Shown piece by piece: positions 38,148-47,738 of a DNA stretch of 64,000 nt; positions within the stretch are counted from its first letter, which is position 1; each line of letters opens with the position of its first letter. Under the pieces are notes generated by a model. It had not been told where the DNA came from, made no database searches, and saw nothing but the letters and a program-made list of their open reading frames with translations. The translations under genes and the position numbers were made by a program. The stretch comes from Spirochaetia bacterium (GTDB taxonomy: Bacteria > Spirochaetota > Spirochaetia > SZUA-6 > Bin103): positions 1 through 64,000 of the forward strand of contig CBDBDQ010000005.1 in assembly GCA_965203905.1 (NCBI GenBank). Direction: 5' to 3'.

Positions 38148-39500
38148 CTACGCCTTGCGACGGGAGGAGCCTTTCGTGGGCACGGGGTCGGCGGCGGCGT
38201 CCGGGATCGGGCGGCCGTGGGGGTCGGTGGCGCCGGCGGTGCGGGCGAGGTCGGCGCGCATGCCGGCGGAGGTGACGTGCTCCAGCTGGTGGGCGGCGAA
38301 GTGCACCTCGGCGGCGGGGTCGCCCTCGGCGAACAGGTAGCTCTCCCATAGCCGGTGGCTGCGCAGCAGGCCGGTGGCCAGGCGGCGGCCCCCTGCCGTG
38401 AGCCGATACCCCGCACCGGTGCGCCGCACGCGGCCGCGCACCCATTCCACCAGCAGCGCCACGCTGCGGTCGAGGCGGCTGGAACGGCCGGCGATGCGCG
38501 ACGCTTCCTCCCGCACCAGCTCGCGGCGGCCGGGGGCCGGTGCGCCGCGCTCCTCCACCCGCAGCAGCTCCACCAGCAGGTCCTCGCGCCCCACGGCCAG
38601 CGCCACGCGGCCGCGATGCAGGGCCCGCGCCGCCAGGCCGCGCTCGGGGGCGACCACCAGCGCCAGCGCCACCACCGCTCCCGCCACCACCGTCATCATC
38701 CCGGCGGTGCTGGTGTCGGAGAATCCGAACCAGCGCGGTACCGTGATCGCGCCGAGGTGCCCGCCGACGGCGCAGACCAGTGCCACCCCCTGGCCCAACA
38801 GCAGCAGCGACCACAGGCGGCGGGTGAACAGGCCCGCCACCACCCCGGGCACGATCAGCATCGCGATCACCAGGATGCTGCCGACGCTCTCGAACGCGGC
38901 GACGATGGTCACCGCGACCATCACCATCAACGCGTAGTGCATCAGCCGGGAGTCGAAACCGGCGGCGCGGGCGAACTCCGGATCGAACGAGGTCAGGTTG
39001 AGTTCCTTGAACAGCAGCAGCACGAACGCCAGGTCGGCGGCGAACACCGCGCTCAGGATCAGCAGCGCACGCGGCATCCGCACCCCCGCGACCACCACGT
39101 CGTTCAGCGGGGCCAGCTCCACCGCGCCGTAGAACACCGTGTGCACGTCGATGTGCACGGCGTCCGCGCTGCGCACGATGAGGATCAGGCCGAGCGCGAA
39201 CATGGTGGTGAACACCACGCCCATCGCCGCGCCCCGGTCGACGTTGCCCACCTGGTGGATGAGCTGGGTGAAGGCCGCGGTAAGCACCCCCGCGACGGCC
39301 GCGCCCACCACGATCACGGCGGTATCGCGGCTCAGGGTAACGAGAAACGCGACGGCGATGCCGGGCAGCACCGCGTGACTGATCGCGTCGCCCATCATGC
39401 TCATGCGCCGCAACACCAGGAAGCTGCCGATCAGCGCGCTCGCCATGGCGCTGACCGCGGCCACCACCACGATGCCGGTGTCGAGGGCGGTCCAGCTCAT
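38148..39500 (-). CDS. troD: Mn/Zn/Fe ABC permease with a C-terminal DtxR/MntR-like domain
   Basis: GDAISHAVLPG permease motif followed by LT..G...LLRSHRLWESYL...EH...DPHGRPIP. Confidence 0.85.
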   Translation of the reverse strand: MSWTALDTGIVVVAAVSAMASALIGSFLVLRRMSMMGDAISHAVLPGIAVAFLVTLSRDTAVIVVGAAVAGVLTAAFTQLIHQVGNVDRGAAMGVVFTTMFALGLILIVRSADAVHIDVHTVFYGAVELAPLNDVVVAGVRMPRALLILSAVFAADLAFVLLLFKELNLTSFDPEFARAAGFDSRLMHYALMVMVAVTIVAAFESVGSILVIAMLIVPGVVAGLFTRRLWSLLLLGQGVALVCAVGGHLGAITVPRWFGFSDTSTAGMMTVVAGAVVALALVVAPERGLAARALHRGRVALAVGREDLLVELLRVEERGAPAPGRRELVREEASRIAGRSSRLDRSVALLVEWVRGRVRRTGAGYRLTAGGRRLATGLLRSHRLWESYLFAEGDPAAEVHFAAHQLEHVTSAGMRADLARTAGATDPHGRPIPDAAADPVPTKGSSRRKA

Positions 39501-40867
39501 GGCGTCCCGCCGGCCAGCGCGTGGGGGCTGGCGGCCACCGCACCGGCACCCGGCAGGCGTTCCAGCTGTGCCTCCAGCTCGGCCACCAGCTCCGGCTCCA
39601 GCACGTGCTCGATGCGGTCGGCGCCGCGGTCGACACGGGTGGTGGCGACGTCCGCATAGCGGATCAGGTAGAGCTCCCACAGGCGGTGATTGCGTACGAT
39701 GCGCAGCGCCTGCTCGGCTCCGGCAGCGGTCAGACGCACCGCCCCGGAGCCCACCGCCGTCCGCAACCACCGTTCCCGGTGTCCCAGGCGCAGCGCGGCC
39801 GCGAGTTGCGAACGCGTCCATGCGCGGCGCCGCGAGAGACCGGTCGGACTGACCTCACCCGCCTCCAGATCGGCACGCTGCGGGGTGGTCCCGAGTTGCG
39901 CTTCCACCTGCTCGAACACGGCCCGCAGCAGGTGCTCGCGGCGGATGCGCCGATCGCCGCGGCGCCGCTCGAGGAGCAGCCGCAGGAGGCCGCGGCGGGT
40001 CCCGAACAGGGCACTGACAAGAAACCCGACCGCGATCGTCACCACGATCACGGCACCGGCCGGCAAACGCGGAACCAGAGCGGAGAGGCCGGCACCGACG
40101 AACCCGCCGGCAGCCCCGAGCAGCGCGGCAAGAATCGTCATCAGCCGCAGATCGTAGGTCCAGAAGCGGGCCGCAGCGGCCGGGGTGATCAGCAGGGCCA
40201 CGATCAGGATCAGTCCCACGGCCTGCAGGCCGATGACGGTAACCGCCACCACCAGCGCCAGCATGGCTGCATCCAGGAGCCCCACGGGCAGGCCCTGGGA
40301 AGCGGCGTAGGCCGCGTCGAAGCAGAGCAGGTTCAGCTCCTTGAACAGCAGCACCGCAACCACCACCAGCACCAGCGAGGTGATCCCGATCAGCGTGGCG
40401 TCGGCGACCAGCATCGACGCGGTCTTGCCGTAGATGAAGGAGTCCAGCCCGGCGGCGGAGCCGCGCCGCATCTGCTGGATCAGGCCGAGCAGCGCGATGC
40501 CGATCCCGAACGACACCGACAGCACGATGCCGAGCGCCGCATCTTCGTGCAGCCGCAGCACCGAGCGCACCACCAGCACTGCCGCGACCGCCGCCAGACC
40601 GCCCACCGCGGCGCCGAGCAGCAGACCTGGAAACCACTTGCCGGTGCCCCCGAGGGCCACCATCACCAGCCACGCGGCGGCGATTCCCGGCAGCGTTGCG
40701 TGGCTCACGGCGTCCGACACCAGGGCCCGCTTGCGCAGCAGGGTGAAGGTGCCGATGATGCCCGCGGCCATCCCCAGCAGCGCGACGCCGACCACCACCA
40801 CGCGGGTGTTGAAGTCGCTCAGCGTGAGCACGCGCCACACCTGGTCCCACGGCGGCAGGTAGCTCAT
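39497..40867 (-). CDS. troC: Mn/Zn/Fe ABC permease with a C-terminal DtxR/MntR-like domain
   Basis: [10 protein letters not shown] permease motif followed by [11 protein letters not shown]...ADRIEHVL...SPH. Confidence 0.85.
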   Translation of the reverse strand: MSYLPPWDQVWRVLTLSDFNTRVVVVGVALLGMAAGIIGTFTLLRKRALVSDAVSHATLPGIAAAWLVMVALGGTGKWFPGLLLGAAVGGLAAVAAVLVVRSVLRLHEDAALGIVLSVSFGIGIALLGLIQQMRRGSAAGLDSFIYGKTASMLVADATLIGITSLVLVVVAVLLFKELNLLCFDAAYAASQGLPVGLLDAAMLALVVAVTVIGLQAVGLILIVALLITPAAAARFWTYDLRLMTILAALLGAAGGFVGAGLSALVPRLPAGAVIVVTIAVGFLVSALFGTRRGLLRLLLERRRGDRRIRREHLLRAVFEQVEAQLGTTPQRADLEAGEVSPTGLSRRRAWTRSQLAAALRLGHRERWLRTAVGSGAVRLTAAGAEQALRIVRNHRLWELYLIRYADVATTRVDRGADRIEHVLEPELVAELEAQLERLPGAGAVAASPHALAGGTP

Positions 40868-41790
40868 CCGCTCCTCCGGCGCCGGCCGAGCGCATCCACC
40901 GCCTGGTCGAGCAGCGTGAGCCGGCCGCCGTAGGTCTTCTGCAGGTTGTCGTTGGTGAACACGTCGGCCACCGGTCCGTGCGCCACCACCCGCAGGTTGA
41001 GCAGCAGCAACTCGTCGAAGTAGCTGCTCACCGTCTGCAGGTCGTGATGTACCACGAACACACTCTTGCCCTCGCGCCGCAGGCGCTGGAGCAACTCGAC
41101 GATGGCACGTTCGGTGGCCGCGTCCACCCCGGCGAACGGCTCGTCCATGAAGTAGATGCGCGCGTCCTGGGCCAGCGCGCGCGCCAGGAACAGCCGCTGC
41201 TGCTGGCCGCCGGAGAGCTCCGAGATCTGTCGCCCCGCATAGTCGGCCATGCCCACCAGGTCCATGGCGGCGCGGGCCGCCTCGCGCGTGGCGCGGGTCA
41301 CCGGGCGCATCCAGCCGAGCGCCCGGTAGAGACCCATCGCCACCAGCTCCAGGGCGCTGACCGGGTAGTCCCAGTCGACGCTCTCGCGCTGCGGTACGTA
41401 GGCCACCAGCCGCCGGTGCCGCCGGTACGGCTTGCCGTAGATGGTCACCGAGCCGGATACCCGCGGCACCAGGTCCAGCACCCCCTTCAGCAGGGTGCTC
41501 TTGCCGGCGCCGTTGGGTCCGACGATGCCGGTGATCACCCCGTCCGCCGCCGCCAGGTCGACGTCCCAGAGCACCGGTCGCCGCCGGTACGCGACCGTGA
41601 GGTCACGCACTACCAATGGGCTGCGTGCCGGGTCGGCGGCGTGAGGCAGATCGCGCGCCGGCACCGACTCCGGGCGCGGACCGCGAGCGCCGGGCCTACG
41701 CCGGCCGCCCGCGGCCTCCGGTTCGGGTGGTGCAGTAGACGGCGTGCCGCGCGCGGCTGCCGTGGACGCCGCGGCCGGCTGCCGACTCAC
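40864..41790 (-). CDS. troB: Metal ABC transporter ATPase
   Basis: [22 protein letters not shown] and HHDL motifs. Confidence 0.9.
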   Translation of the reverse strand: MSRQPAAASTAAARGTPSTAPPEPEAAGGRRRPGARGPRPESVPARDLPHAADPARSPLVVRDLTVAYRRRPVLWDVDLAAADGVITGIVGPNGAGKSTLLKGVLDLVPRVSGSVTIYGKPYRRHRRLVAYVPQRESVDWDYPVSALELVAMGLYRALGWMRPVTRATREAARAAMDLVGMADYAGRQISELSGGQQQRLFLARALAQDARIYFMDEPFAGVDAATERAIVELLQRLRREGKSVFVVHHDLQTVSSYFDELLLLNLRVVAHGPVADVFTNDNLQKTYGGRLTLLDQAVDALGRRRRSG

Positions 41791-42845
41791 GGTGCCTCCC
41801 CGGCGTGCGCCAGGAGACCCTGAAAGCCGCGCTCCGGGACCGCGCCGCCCAAGGCACGGGCCACGGTGGTGACGTTGTGGTCGAGCATGCCCACGTAGGT
41901 GCCCTCGTAGGTTCCCGGCCGGCCCATGGCATCGGAGTACAGCTCGCCGCCGATCACCACGGTATGGCCGCGCGCCGCGGCGCCCTCGATCAGCGCCCGC
42001 ACGTTGCGGTCGGCGATGGTGGTTTCGACGAACACCGCACTGATCTGCCGCGTGACCAGCAGATCCACCAGCCGGTTGATGCGGTCGAGGCCGGCCTCCG
42101 ACTCCGTCGATATCCCCTGAATCCCCGCCACCTCCAGACCGTAGGCCCGTCCGAAGTAGTTGAATGCATCGTGGGCGGTCACCAGGATGCGCTGTTGTTC
42201 CGGGATCGAGCCGAGGACCCGTCGGGCGTACTCGTGCAACTCCGCAAGCGTCCCGGAATAGGTCTCCGAGCGCTCGCGGTAGCCGTCCTGTCCCTCCGGG
42301 TCGAAAGCGGCGAGTGCCTCGGTCACCGCGTTCACCGCCTGCTTCCAGCCGGCCACGTCCATCCACAGATGAGGATCGAAATGGCCCGCGAACTCCTCCG
42401 GCTGCAGCAGCACCGACTCGTCCACCAGTTCGGTCACGGCGTGCACTGGCCGGCCGCTGCGCGCCACCCTGATCAACGTATCGGTCATCTTCCCTTCCAG
42501 CAGCAGGCCGGAATAGAACACGATGTCCGCCTCCATCAGCGCCGCCACGTCGCTGCGCGTCGGCACGTAGAGGTGGGGATCGACCCCCTCGCCGATGATC
42601 GAGGTCACCGCGCCGCGGCCGCCGGCCACCTGCCGCACGATGTCCGCCACCATGCCGGTGGTGGCGGCGATTCGAAACGGATAGTCGCGTCCGGCCACGG
42701 CTCCGGCTGCCTCCGGGGTGCTGTCCTCGGCACCCCGGCGGTCGCCGCCACTGCAGGTGACGAGCAATCCCGCCGCTAATGCGGTGGCCACCACGGACGC
42801 CGCGGCCATCAGCGCGCAGGTACGACAATATTTTCTCTTTTGCAT
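41787..42845 (-). CDS. troA: Metal ABC transporter substrate-binding lipoprotein
   Basis: GVDPHLY, DPHLWMD, TAHDAF and LYSDAMG metal-ligand motifs; LVTC lipobox-like sequence. Confidence 0.92.
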   Translation of the reverse strand: MQKRKYCRTCALMAAASVVATALAAGLLVTCSGGDRRGAEDSTPEAAGAVAGRDYPFRIAATTGMVADIVRQVAGGRGAVTSIIGEGVDPHLYVPTRSDVAALMEADIVFYSGLLLEGKMTDTLIRVARSGRPVHAVTELVDESVLLQPEEFAGHFDPHLWMDVAGWKQAVNAVTEALAAFDPEGQDGYRERSETYSGTLAELHEYARRVLGSIPEQQRILVTAHDAFNYFGRAYGLEVAGIQGISTESEAGLDRINRLVDLLVTRQISAVFVETTIADRNVRALIEGAAARGHTVVIGGELYSDAMGRPGTYEGTYVGMLDHNVTTVARALGGAVPERGFQGLLAHAGEAP

Positions 42846-42859
42846 TTTAGAACAACCGT

Positions 42860-42907
42860 TTTTGACTAATCAAAATCGAAAATAGCACTACCTGCACCTT
42901 CGGTCAA
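42860..42907 (-). promoter_or_regulatory. tro promoter with a DtxR/TroR-type operator
   Basis: TTGACC-17 nt-TATTTT with an extended TG; dyad TTTTGA-ctaa-TCAAAA at 42860-42875 just downstream in an AT-rich patch. Confidence 0.65.
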
Positions 42908-42968
42908 GCGCCGCCAAGCACCGCTGCCCCAGGCCGCAGTCGGACGCGCATTGGTATATACTTCGGCG

Positions 42969-43397
42969 ATGCCGCGAGCGTTCTCCGTGGAAGCGACCAT
43001 CGCCAAGCCGGCACCCGATGTGTGGCAGGCTCTCACCGACTGGAGCAACGCCCATCGCTGGATGGCCGGCGTCGACCGGCTGCAGGCCGAAGGAGAGACG
43101 GCCCAGGGGACCCGCATCACCTTCCGTGCACGCGACCAGGACCGCACCTCCACCATCACCGACCTGCAACCGGGACGGCTGCTGGTGCTGCACTCGGAGC
43201 ATGGGGGCGTGAGCGCCGACTACGAGTACGCCGTCGAGGACCTCGGCGACGGCATCACACGGGTCAGACTGACCGCCGACTGCCACATGCACGGCTTGCC
43301 CTGGCGCATCCTGGCGCCGCTGATTCGGATGGCCATGAAGAAGACCGACGCCGGCCAGCTGGAAGCATTGAAGCAGCTTATCGAGAACGAGCGGTAA
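42969..43397 (+). CDS. SRPBCC (START-like) family protein
   Basis: IAKPAPDVWQALTDWSNAHRW N-terminus and C-terminal LEALKQLIE helix. Confidence 0.8.
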   Translation: MPRAFSVEATIAKPAPDVWQALTDWSNAHRWMAGVDRLQAEGETAQGTRITFRARDQDRTSTITDLQPGRLLVLHSEHGGVSADYEYAVEDLGDGITRVRLTADCHMHGLPWRILAPLIRMAMKKTDAGQLEALKQLIENER

Positions 43398-43463
43398 CGC
43401 GGGTCGGCGGACAGTCCGCCCGGCCGGAAGCCCCGGGCACGGCGTCGGGGTGTGTGACCCGGG

Positions 43464-44384
43464 TCACCGGGTGGTCATGGCGGCTGGCGCCGGGGAGCGG
43501 CGCGTGCACCAGCCGCGGGGCAATGTCCGTCCCGGGCCCAGCGCGAGGAACGGAGGATTGTGCAGGTCGCGCTTGTTGTAGCGCAACGGGCGCCCGGTAC
43601 GGGCCTGCACGATGCGGCCGCCCACGGAACGCAGCAGGGCGTCTCCCGCCGCCGTGTCCCACTCCATCGTGGGACCGAAGCGCGGGTAGAAGTCGGCCTC
43701 GCCGGCCGCGATCAGACCCAGCTTGATGGCACTGCTCATGCGCCGCAACTCCACCCTGCCGTACGCCGCCCGCAGGGTCGCAATGACCCGCAGCGTGGAA
43801 GCTGAAAGGCGACTCCGGCTCGCCACCACCACCGGTCCGTCGCGTCGCGGCGTCGGTGGCACCAGTCGCTCGCCGCTCTCCGGCTGCAGCCCGCTGGCCC
43901 CCGCCCGGCGCAGCCGGCGCGCCCCCCAACCGACCACACCGTAGAACAGCTCGTCCCGCATCGGCGCGTAGATCACTCCGAGGCACGGCTCGCCCGCCAG
44001 GCAGAGCGCAACGTTGACCGAATACTCGGTGCCGCCGCGGATATAGTCCTTGGTGCCGTCCAGAGGATCCACCAGCCAGACCCGCTCCCAGCGCCGCCGC
44101 TGCACCTCGGAGGCGATGGCGCCTTCCTCGCTGACAATCGGGATTGCGCGGCAGCGTTCGGCCAGCTCCCGCTCGATGAGCACCTGTGCCTGCGTGTCCG
44201 CCTCGGTGACCGGCGTGGCGTCCGCCTTGTGCTGCACCGTCAGCGAGCCGCGCTGCAGCCGCCGCACCAGCGCCCCACCACGGACCGCCGCTCCCATGGC
44301 CGCCGCAAGCAACGGCACCAGTTGCTCAGCCGTGCGCACCGCCACGGGCGCCGCGTTCCCGGAAGGCTGTGATCCGCCGGACAC
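43464..44384 (-). CDS. cysQ: 3'(2'),5'-bisphosphate nucleotidase
   Basis: KADATPVTEAD, SEE, WLVDPLDGTK, VASRS and YPRFGPTMEWDTAAG motifs. Confidence 0.88.
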   Translation of the reverse strand: MSGGSQPSGNAAPVAVRTAEQLVPLLAAAMGAAVRGGALVRRLQRGSLTVQHKADATPVTEADTQAQVLIERELAERCRAIPIVSEEGAIASEVQRRRWERVWLVDPLDGTKDYIRGGTEYSVNVALCLAGEPCLGVIYAPMRDELFYGVVGWGARRLRRAGASGLQPESGERLVPPTPRRDGPVVVASRSRLSASTLRVIATLRAAYGRVELRRMSSAIKLGLIAAGEADFYPRFGPTMEWDTAAGDALLRSVGGRIVQARTGRPLRYNKRDLHNPPFLALGPGRTLPRGWCTRRSPAPAAMTTR

Positions 44385-44492
44385 CGCCTGCGATCATAGG
44401 CGCGATTGCCGCAGTGTCAAGGCGAATCGGGTAGACGCTGGTAGACGCACGTGGAATATGAGCGTAGCTTGTCCCTGGGGGGGAACAGCGAC

Positions 44493-46358
44493 ATGTGCGG
44501 AATAGTGGGTTACGTGGGACCGCGTCCCGCCGCCGGAATCCTGCTGACCGGGTTGCGGCGGCTGGAGTACCGCGGCTACGACTCGGCGGGAATCACCACC
44601 CTGAGCGATGGAGCGTTGTACCGCCGCCGCGCCGTCGGCGAAGTGGACGCCCTGGTGCGGGCGGTCGGTGGCGATCTCCTTACCAACGGCGGCGCCTGCC
44701 CCGGCACCACCGGCATTGCCCACACCCGCTGGGCCACCCACGGCGCACCCACCGAACGCAACGCGCATCCACATCTGGACGCCGGCGGGCACCTCGCCGT
44801 GGTCCACAACGGTATCATCGAAAACCACCGCTCGATCCGTGCGTTTCTGACCGAGCAGGGCATCGAGCCGACCAGCGACACGGACACCGAAACGCTGGCG
44901 CAGCTCATCGGCTTTCTCTACGACGGCGGCGGCAACGGCGAGTCGGGAGACCTGTTGGCGGCGGTACGGCGGGCGCTGCGCGACGTGCGCGGCACCTTCG
45001 GCATCGTGGTAGTGAGCCGCGACCACCCGGACCAGCTGATCGCCGCCCGGCGCGGCAGCCCGGTGCTGGTGGGTATCGGTGACGGCGAGCACGTGGTGGC
45101 CTCCGACGGCGCGGCGGTCATCGAGCACACGCGGCGCGTCGTCTACCTGGAGGACAACGAGATCGCGCTGCTGACGCGGGACCGACTGCGGGCCATGACC
45201 ATCGACGACATCCCCCTCACCAAGAGCGTCAGCACCCTCGAGGCGCGCCTGGAAGAGATCGAGCTCGGCGGCCACCGCCACCACATGATCAAGGAGATCT
45301 ACGAGCAGCCGGCCGCGTTGCGCAACACCTTGCGCGGACGTATCAACGCCGCCGAGGGTTCGGTGCTGTTGGGCGGTCTGGCTGACCGCGAGCGTGAACT
45401 GGCACGCTACAGCCGCGTCATCCTGACCGGCTGCGGCACCGCCTGGCATGCCGGGCTGGTCGGGGAGTACCTGTTCGAGGAACTGGTGCGGGTGCCTACG
45501 GAAGTCGAATACGCGAGCGAACTGCGCTATCGCAATCCCATCGTTCCGCGCAACACCCTGGCCGTCATCCTCAGTCAATCGGGAGAAACCGCGGACACCC
45601 TGGCCGCGCTGCGAGAATTGCAGCTCAAGGGAGCGACCACCCTGGGCATCGTCAACGTCGTCGGATCCACCATCGCCCGCGAGACGGACGCTGGCGTGTA
45701 CCTGCACGTGGGTCCCGAGATCGGTGTCGCCAGCACCAAGGCATTCACCGGCCAAGTGGCGGTGCTGGCGCTGCTCGCCATCAGCATGGGCCGGCGGCGC
45801 CACCTGTCCGGGGAGCGCACCACGGAGTTGCTGCGCGAGCTCAACGCGATCCCCCCCAAGCTGGAAAAGATCTTCGCCATGGCGGACGCCATTCGCGACC
45901 TGACCGAGCGCTACGTCGAGCGCGAGAACTGGCTCTATCTGGGCCGCGGCGTCAACTATCCGGTGGCCCTCGAAGGCGCCCTCAAGCTCAAGGAGATCAG
46001 TTACATCCACGCCGAGGGGCTGCCGGCCGCGGAAATGAAGCACGGCCCGATCGCGCTCATCGACCGCGGCATGCCGGTGGTGGTGGTGGCGCCGCACGAC
46101 CACACCTACGACAAGGTGATCGCCAATATCGAGGAAGTGAAAGGCCGCCGCGGCAGCATCATCGCCATCGCCACCGAAGGCGACGACTATCTGGCACAGC
46201 TCGCCGACGCGGTGATCTACGTGCCGAAGACCAACCCCTTGTTGTCGCCGCTCGTGACCACGGTGCCATTGCAGCTCATGGCCTACTACGCGGCGGTAGC
46301 GCGTGGCCACAACGTCGACCGCCCGCGCAACCTCGCGAAGAGCGTAACGGTCGAGTGA
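44493..46358 (+). CDS. glmS: Glutamine--fructose-6-phosphate transaminase
   Basis: MCGIVG, RLEYRGYDSAG, HTRWATHG, SQSGETADT and RPRNLAKSVTVE motifs. Confidence 0.98.
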   Translation: MCGIVGYVGPRPAAGILLTGLRRLEYRGYDSAGITTLSDGALYRRRAVGEVDALVRAVGGDLLTNGGACPGTTGIAHTRWATHGAPTERNAHPHLDAGGHLAVVHNGIIENHRSIRAFLTEQGIEPTSDTDTETLAQLIGFLYDGGGNGESGDLLAAVRRALRDVRGTFGIVVVSRDHPDQLIAARRGSPVLVGIGDGEHVVASDGAAVIEHTRRVVYLEDNEIALLTRDRLRAMTIDDIPLTKSVSTLEARLEEIELGGHRHHMIKEIYEQPAALRNTLRGRINAAEGSVLLGGLADRERELARYSRVILTGCGTAWHAGLVGEYLFEELVRVPTEVEYASELRYRNPIVPRNTLAVILSQSGETADTLAALRELQLKGATTLGIVNVVGSTIARETDAGVYLHVGPEIGVASTKAFTGQVAVLALLAISMGRRRHLSGERTTELLRELNAIPPKLEKIFAMADAIRDLTERYVERENWLYLGRGVNYPVALEGALKLKEISYIHAEGLPAAEMKHGPIALIDRGMPVVVVAPHDHTYDKVIANIEEVKGRRGSIIAIATEGDDYLAQLADAVIYVPKTNPLLSPLVTTVPLQLMAYYAAVARGHNVDRPRNLAKSVTVE

Positions 46359-46361
46359 CCG

Positions 46362-47738
46362 TTACGGTCGGATGAGGCGGCGCGGCTCCAGCGGCGCCCG
46401 TCCCGCGACCGCGGTGCGGGCATGGCCGCGACGCGCGCGGGCAAGACCGATGTTGGCCAGCAGGCCGATACCGATCAGCGCCGTCCACAGCGACGACCCG
46501 CCGTAGGAGACCAGCATCAGCGGAATCCCCGTGATCGGCAGGACACCCATGGCCATGCCCACGTTCACCACCGTGTGGAACAGCAGCATGGCCACTACCC
46601 CGGCTGCCACCAGGGTAGCGAACTCGTCGCCCGCGGCGTACATGATCACGATGCCGCGGGCGATCACCACGGCGAACAGCACCAGAACCAGCATGCCGCC
46701 GAGAAACCCGGACTCCTCGGCGAGAATGGAGAAGATGAAATCGGTGCTCTGCTGCGGCAGATAGCGGAGGTGGCTCTGGGTGCCCTGCAGAAAGCCGGTG
46801 CCGGAGAGCCCACCCGCGCCGACCGCCGTGACCGACTGGATGATGTTCCAGCCGGCGCCGCGCGGATCCACCCAGGGATTCACGAAGATGACCAGGCGCA
46901 TGATCTGGTACTCCTTGAGCACCACGGACATGAGCAGGCCGCCGGCGACCGCCACCCCGAGCAGCGCCGCTCCATACATCAGCCAATAGTAGTAGGCACG
47001 GTGGAACAGCCGTTGTCCCACCGCCGCCAGGGCCGCTACCAGGCCCAGTACCAGCAGCGTGTAGCGGGCCACGCCGACGTCGGTGATCATGCGCCAGAAA
47101 CCGGGCTCGGCCGCCGCCCGCAGGCGCTGCACCGCCGGAATCGCGGCGAATACTATGATCAGCAGCGCCACCAGGCCCACGAACAGCAGGTGGCGAATGC
47201 GGGCGCCGGCGATCAGTGCCATCACCAGAAAGATCGGGAAGTAGACCATGCCGGTCCCCATGTCCGGCTGCAGCAGGATCAGTCCCATCGGTGCGGCCAC
47301 TACCAGCAGGGCCAGGAGAAATCGCGGCAGCTCCGCAATGCCGTTGCCGATCTCCGACAGGTACGCCGCCAGGAACAGGATCGTCGCCAGCTTGGCGAAC
47401 TCGGAGGGCTGGATTCCCAGGTCTCCGATGCCCAACCACGAACGCGCCCCGTTTACCTCGCGGCCCAACAGCAGGGTAAGCACCAGGAGCGCCAGTGCCC
47501 CCAGGAAGACATAGGGAGTACGTGGCTTGTACTTCTGGTGGTTGTTGACCGCGAACAGCGCCAGCAGCATGCAGCCGCTGCCCGCCCAGACGATCTGCTT
47601 GAGCCACTCATTGGACACCGACTCGCCGGCCGAGTTGACGCCGCTGGAGTACACGAACAGGATGCCGATGGCTATCAGGGTCAAACTCGCCAGGAGCAGA
47701 ATCGGATCCAGTGCACGCAGGCTGCCACGGCCGCTCAC
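46362..47738 (-). CDS. rodA: Rod shape-determining protein RodA
   Basis: IQPSEFAK, LQPDMGT, TDFIFS and SYGGSS SEDS motifs; follows mrdA. Confidence 0.95.
   Translation of the reverse strand: MSGRGSLRALDPILLLASLTLIAIGILFVYSSGVNSAGESVSNEWLKQIVWAGSGCMLLALFAVNNHQKYKPRTPYVFLGALALLVLTLLLGREVNGARSWLGIGDLGIQPSEFAKLATILFLAAYLSEIGNGIAELPRFLLALLVVAAPMGLILLQPDMGTGMVYFPIFLVMALIAGARIRHLLFVGLVALLIIVFAAIPAVQRLRAAAEPGFWRMITDVGVARYTLLVLGLVAALAAVGQRLFHRAYYYWLMYGAALLGVAVAGGLLMSVVLKEYQIMRLVIFVNPWVDPRGAGWNIIQSVTAVGAGGLSGTGFLQGTQSHLRYLPQQSTDFIFSILAEESGFLGGMLVLVLFAVVIARGIVIMYAAGDEFATLVAAGVVAMLLFHTVVNVGMAMGVLPITGIPLMLVSYGGSSLWTALIGIGLLANIGLARARRGHARTAVAGRAPLEPRRLIRP

Noticed and set aside
44385-44492. glmS ribozyme
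   Set aside because: The intergenic region is only about 110 bp, is occupied by divergent promoter elements, and shows no ribozyme core.
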